Part shown: positions 63,844-64,000 of the stretch, in pieces
Numbering within the stretch: position 1 is the stretch's first letter
Layout: every line of letters begins with the position of its first letter
Origin: Bacillota bacterium
GTDB lineage: Bacteria; Bacillota; Clostridia; Acetivibrionales; JAFADI01
Direction of reading: 5' to 3'
NCBI GenBank assembly: GCA_023424965.1
Contig: JAFADI010000100.1
Coordinates: 5,349 to 69,348, forward strand
Length of the DNA stretch: 64,000 bases
Made by a program: the position numbers and the translations under genes
The notes under the pieces: model-generated
Seen by the model: the letters and a program-made list of their open reading frames with translations, nothing else
The model's database searches: none
Told to the model about the DNA's origin: nothing

Positions 63844-63862
63844 TGCAGGAAAGGAAATCGAC

Positions 63863-64000
63863 ATGAAAATAATAATCATTGGTGACGGCAAGGTTGGCTA
63901 CAGCCTGGCCGAAAATTTATCGAAGGAAAACAATGACGTTACAATTATCGATAAGAATTCGGAGGCGTTGAAAAAAGCCAGCGAAAATCTGGATGTCATG
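63863..64000 (+). CDS. trkA: Trk/Ktr potassium-uptake NAD-binding subunit (5' partial, runs off the window)
   Basis: Reads MKIIIIGDGKVGYSLAENLSKENNDVTIIDKNSEALKKASENLDVM, the canonical TrkA-N Rossmann start (GxGxxG). Confidence 0.85.
   Translation, partial: MKIIIIGDGKVGYSLAENLSKENNDVTIIDKNSEALKKASENLDVM

Noticed and set aside
1-64000. Search for CRISPR arrays, tRNA/rRNA genes, transposases, integrases, phage or defence-system genes
   Set aside because: Nothing was recognised. There are no regularly spaced direct repeats, no cloverleaf-like segments in intergenic DNA, and every large ORF has a metabolic, transport or signalling assignment.

Overview
This window looks like a chromosomal segment from a spore-forming, Clostridia-type Firmicute. 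The clues are a Spo0E-like phosphatase, an SLH-domain wall protein, YesM/YesN-type regulators and GGAGG Shine-Dalgarno sites. Four blocks stand out. (1) 28-16200, minus strand: one long operon for anaerobic corrinoid and tetrapyrrole biosynthesis (cbiC-D-ET-L-F-G-hemA-cbiH-J-hemC-cobA/hemD-hemB-hemL-cbiX-cobQ) behind a clear cobalamin riboswitch. (2) 16.4-24.8 kb: a secreted triple-repeat DUF2680 protein, a TetR/RND efflux unit, a TauE/SafE exporter, a Spo0E-like protein and zupT. (3) 24.9-38.4 kb, minus strand: a carbohydrate or polyol locus. It holds an SBP + YesM/YesN sensing module, a class II aldolase-family enzyme, a PfkB kinase, a CUT2-type ABC importer with two paralogous binding proteins, a ROK regulator and a Zn-dehydrogenase. 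(4) 38.6-64 kb: signalling genes (MCP, GAF-HD-GYP, PAS kinase, HK + REC-TPR), an SLH protein, a LysM protein, a TetR/ABC-2 exporter, and a K+ homeostasis island (stand-alone KdpD-N/Usp, CaCA antiporter, kdpFABCDE, start of trkA). I saw no rRNA, tRNA, CRISPR array, transposase or phage genes. The least explained signals are non-coding. Inverted-repeat elements sit exactly at cistron 3' ends inside the otherwise tightly packed cbi operon (193 bp at 12246-12438, 125 bp at 14905-15029). A perfect 28-nt repeat brackets the operon. The riboswitch-to-cbiC spacer is unusually long, motif-rich and contains a TGGTATAAT box. A 57-nt promoter-like element occurs twice in the K+ island. The trkA leader contains a terminator. 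I could not identify any protein-coding system that is clearly novel. Every novelty claim here is a hypothesis that needs database and genome-wide searches.
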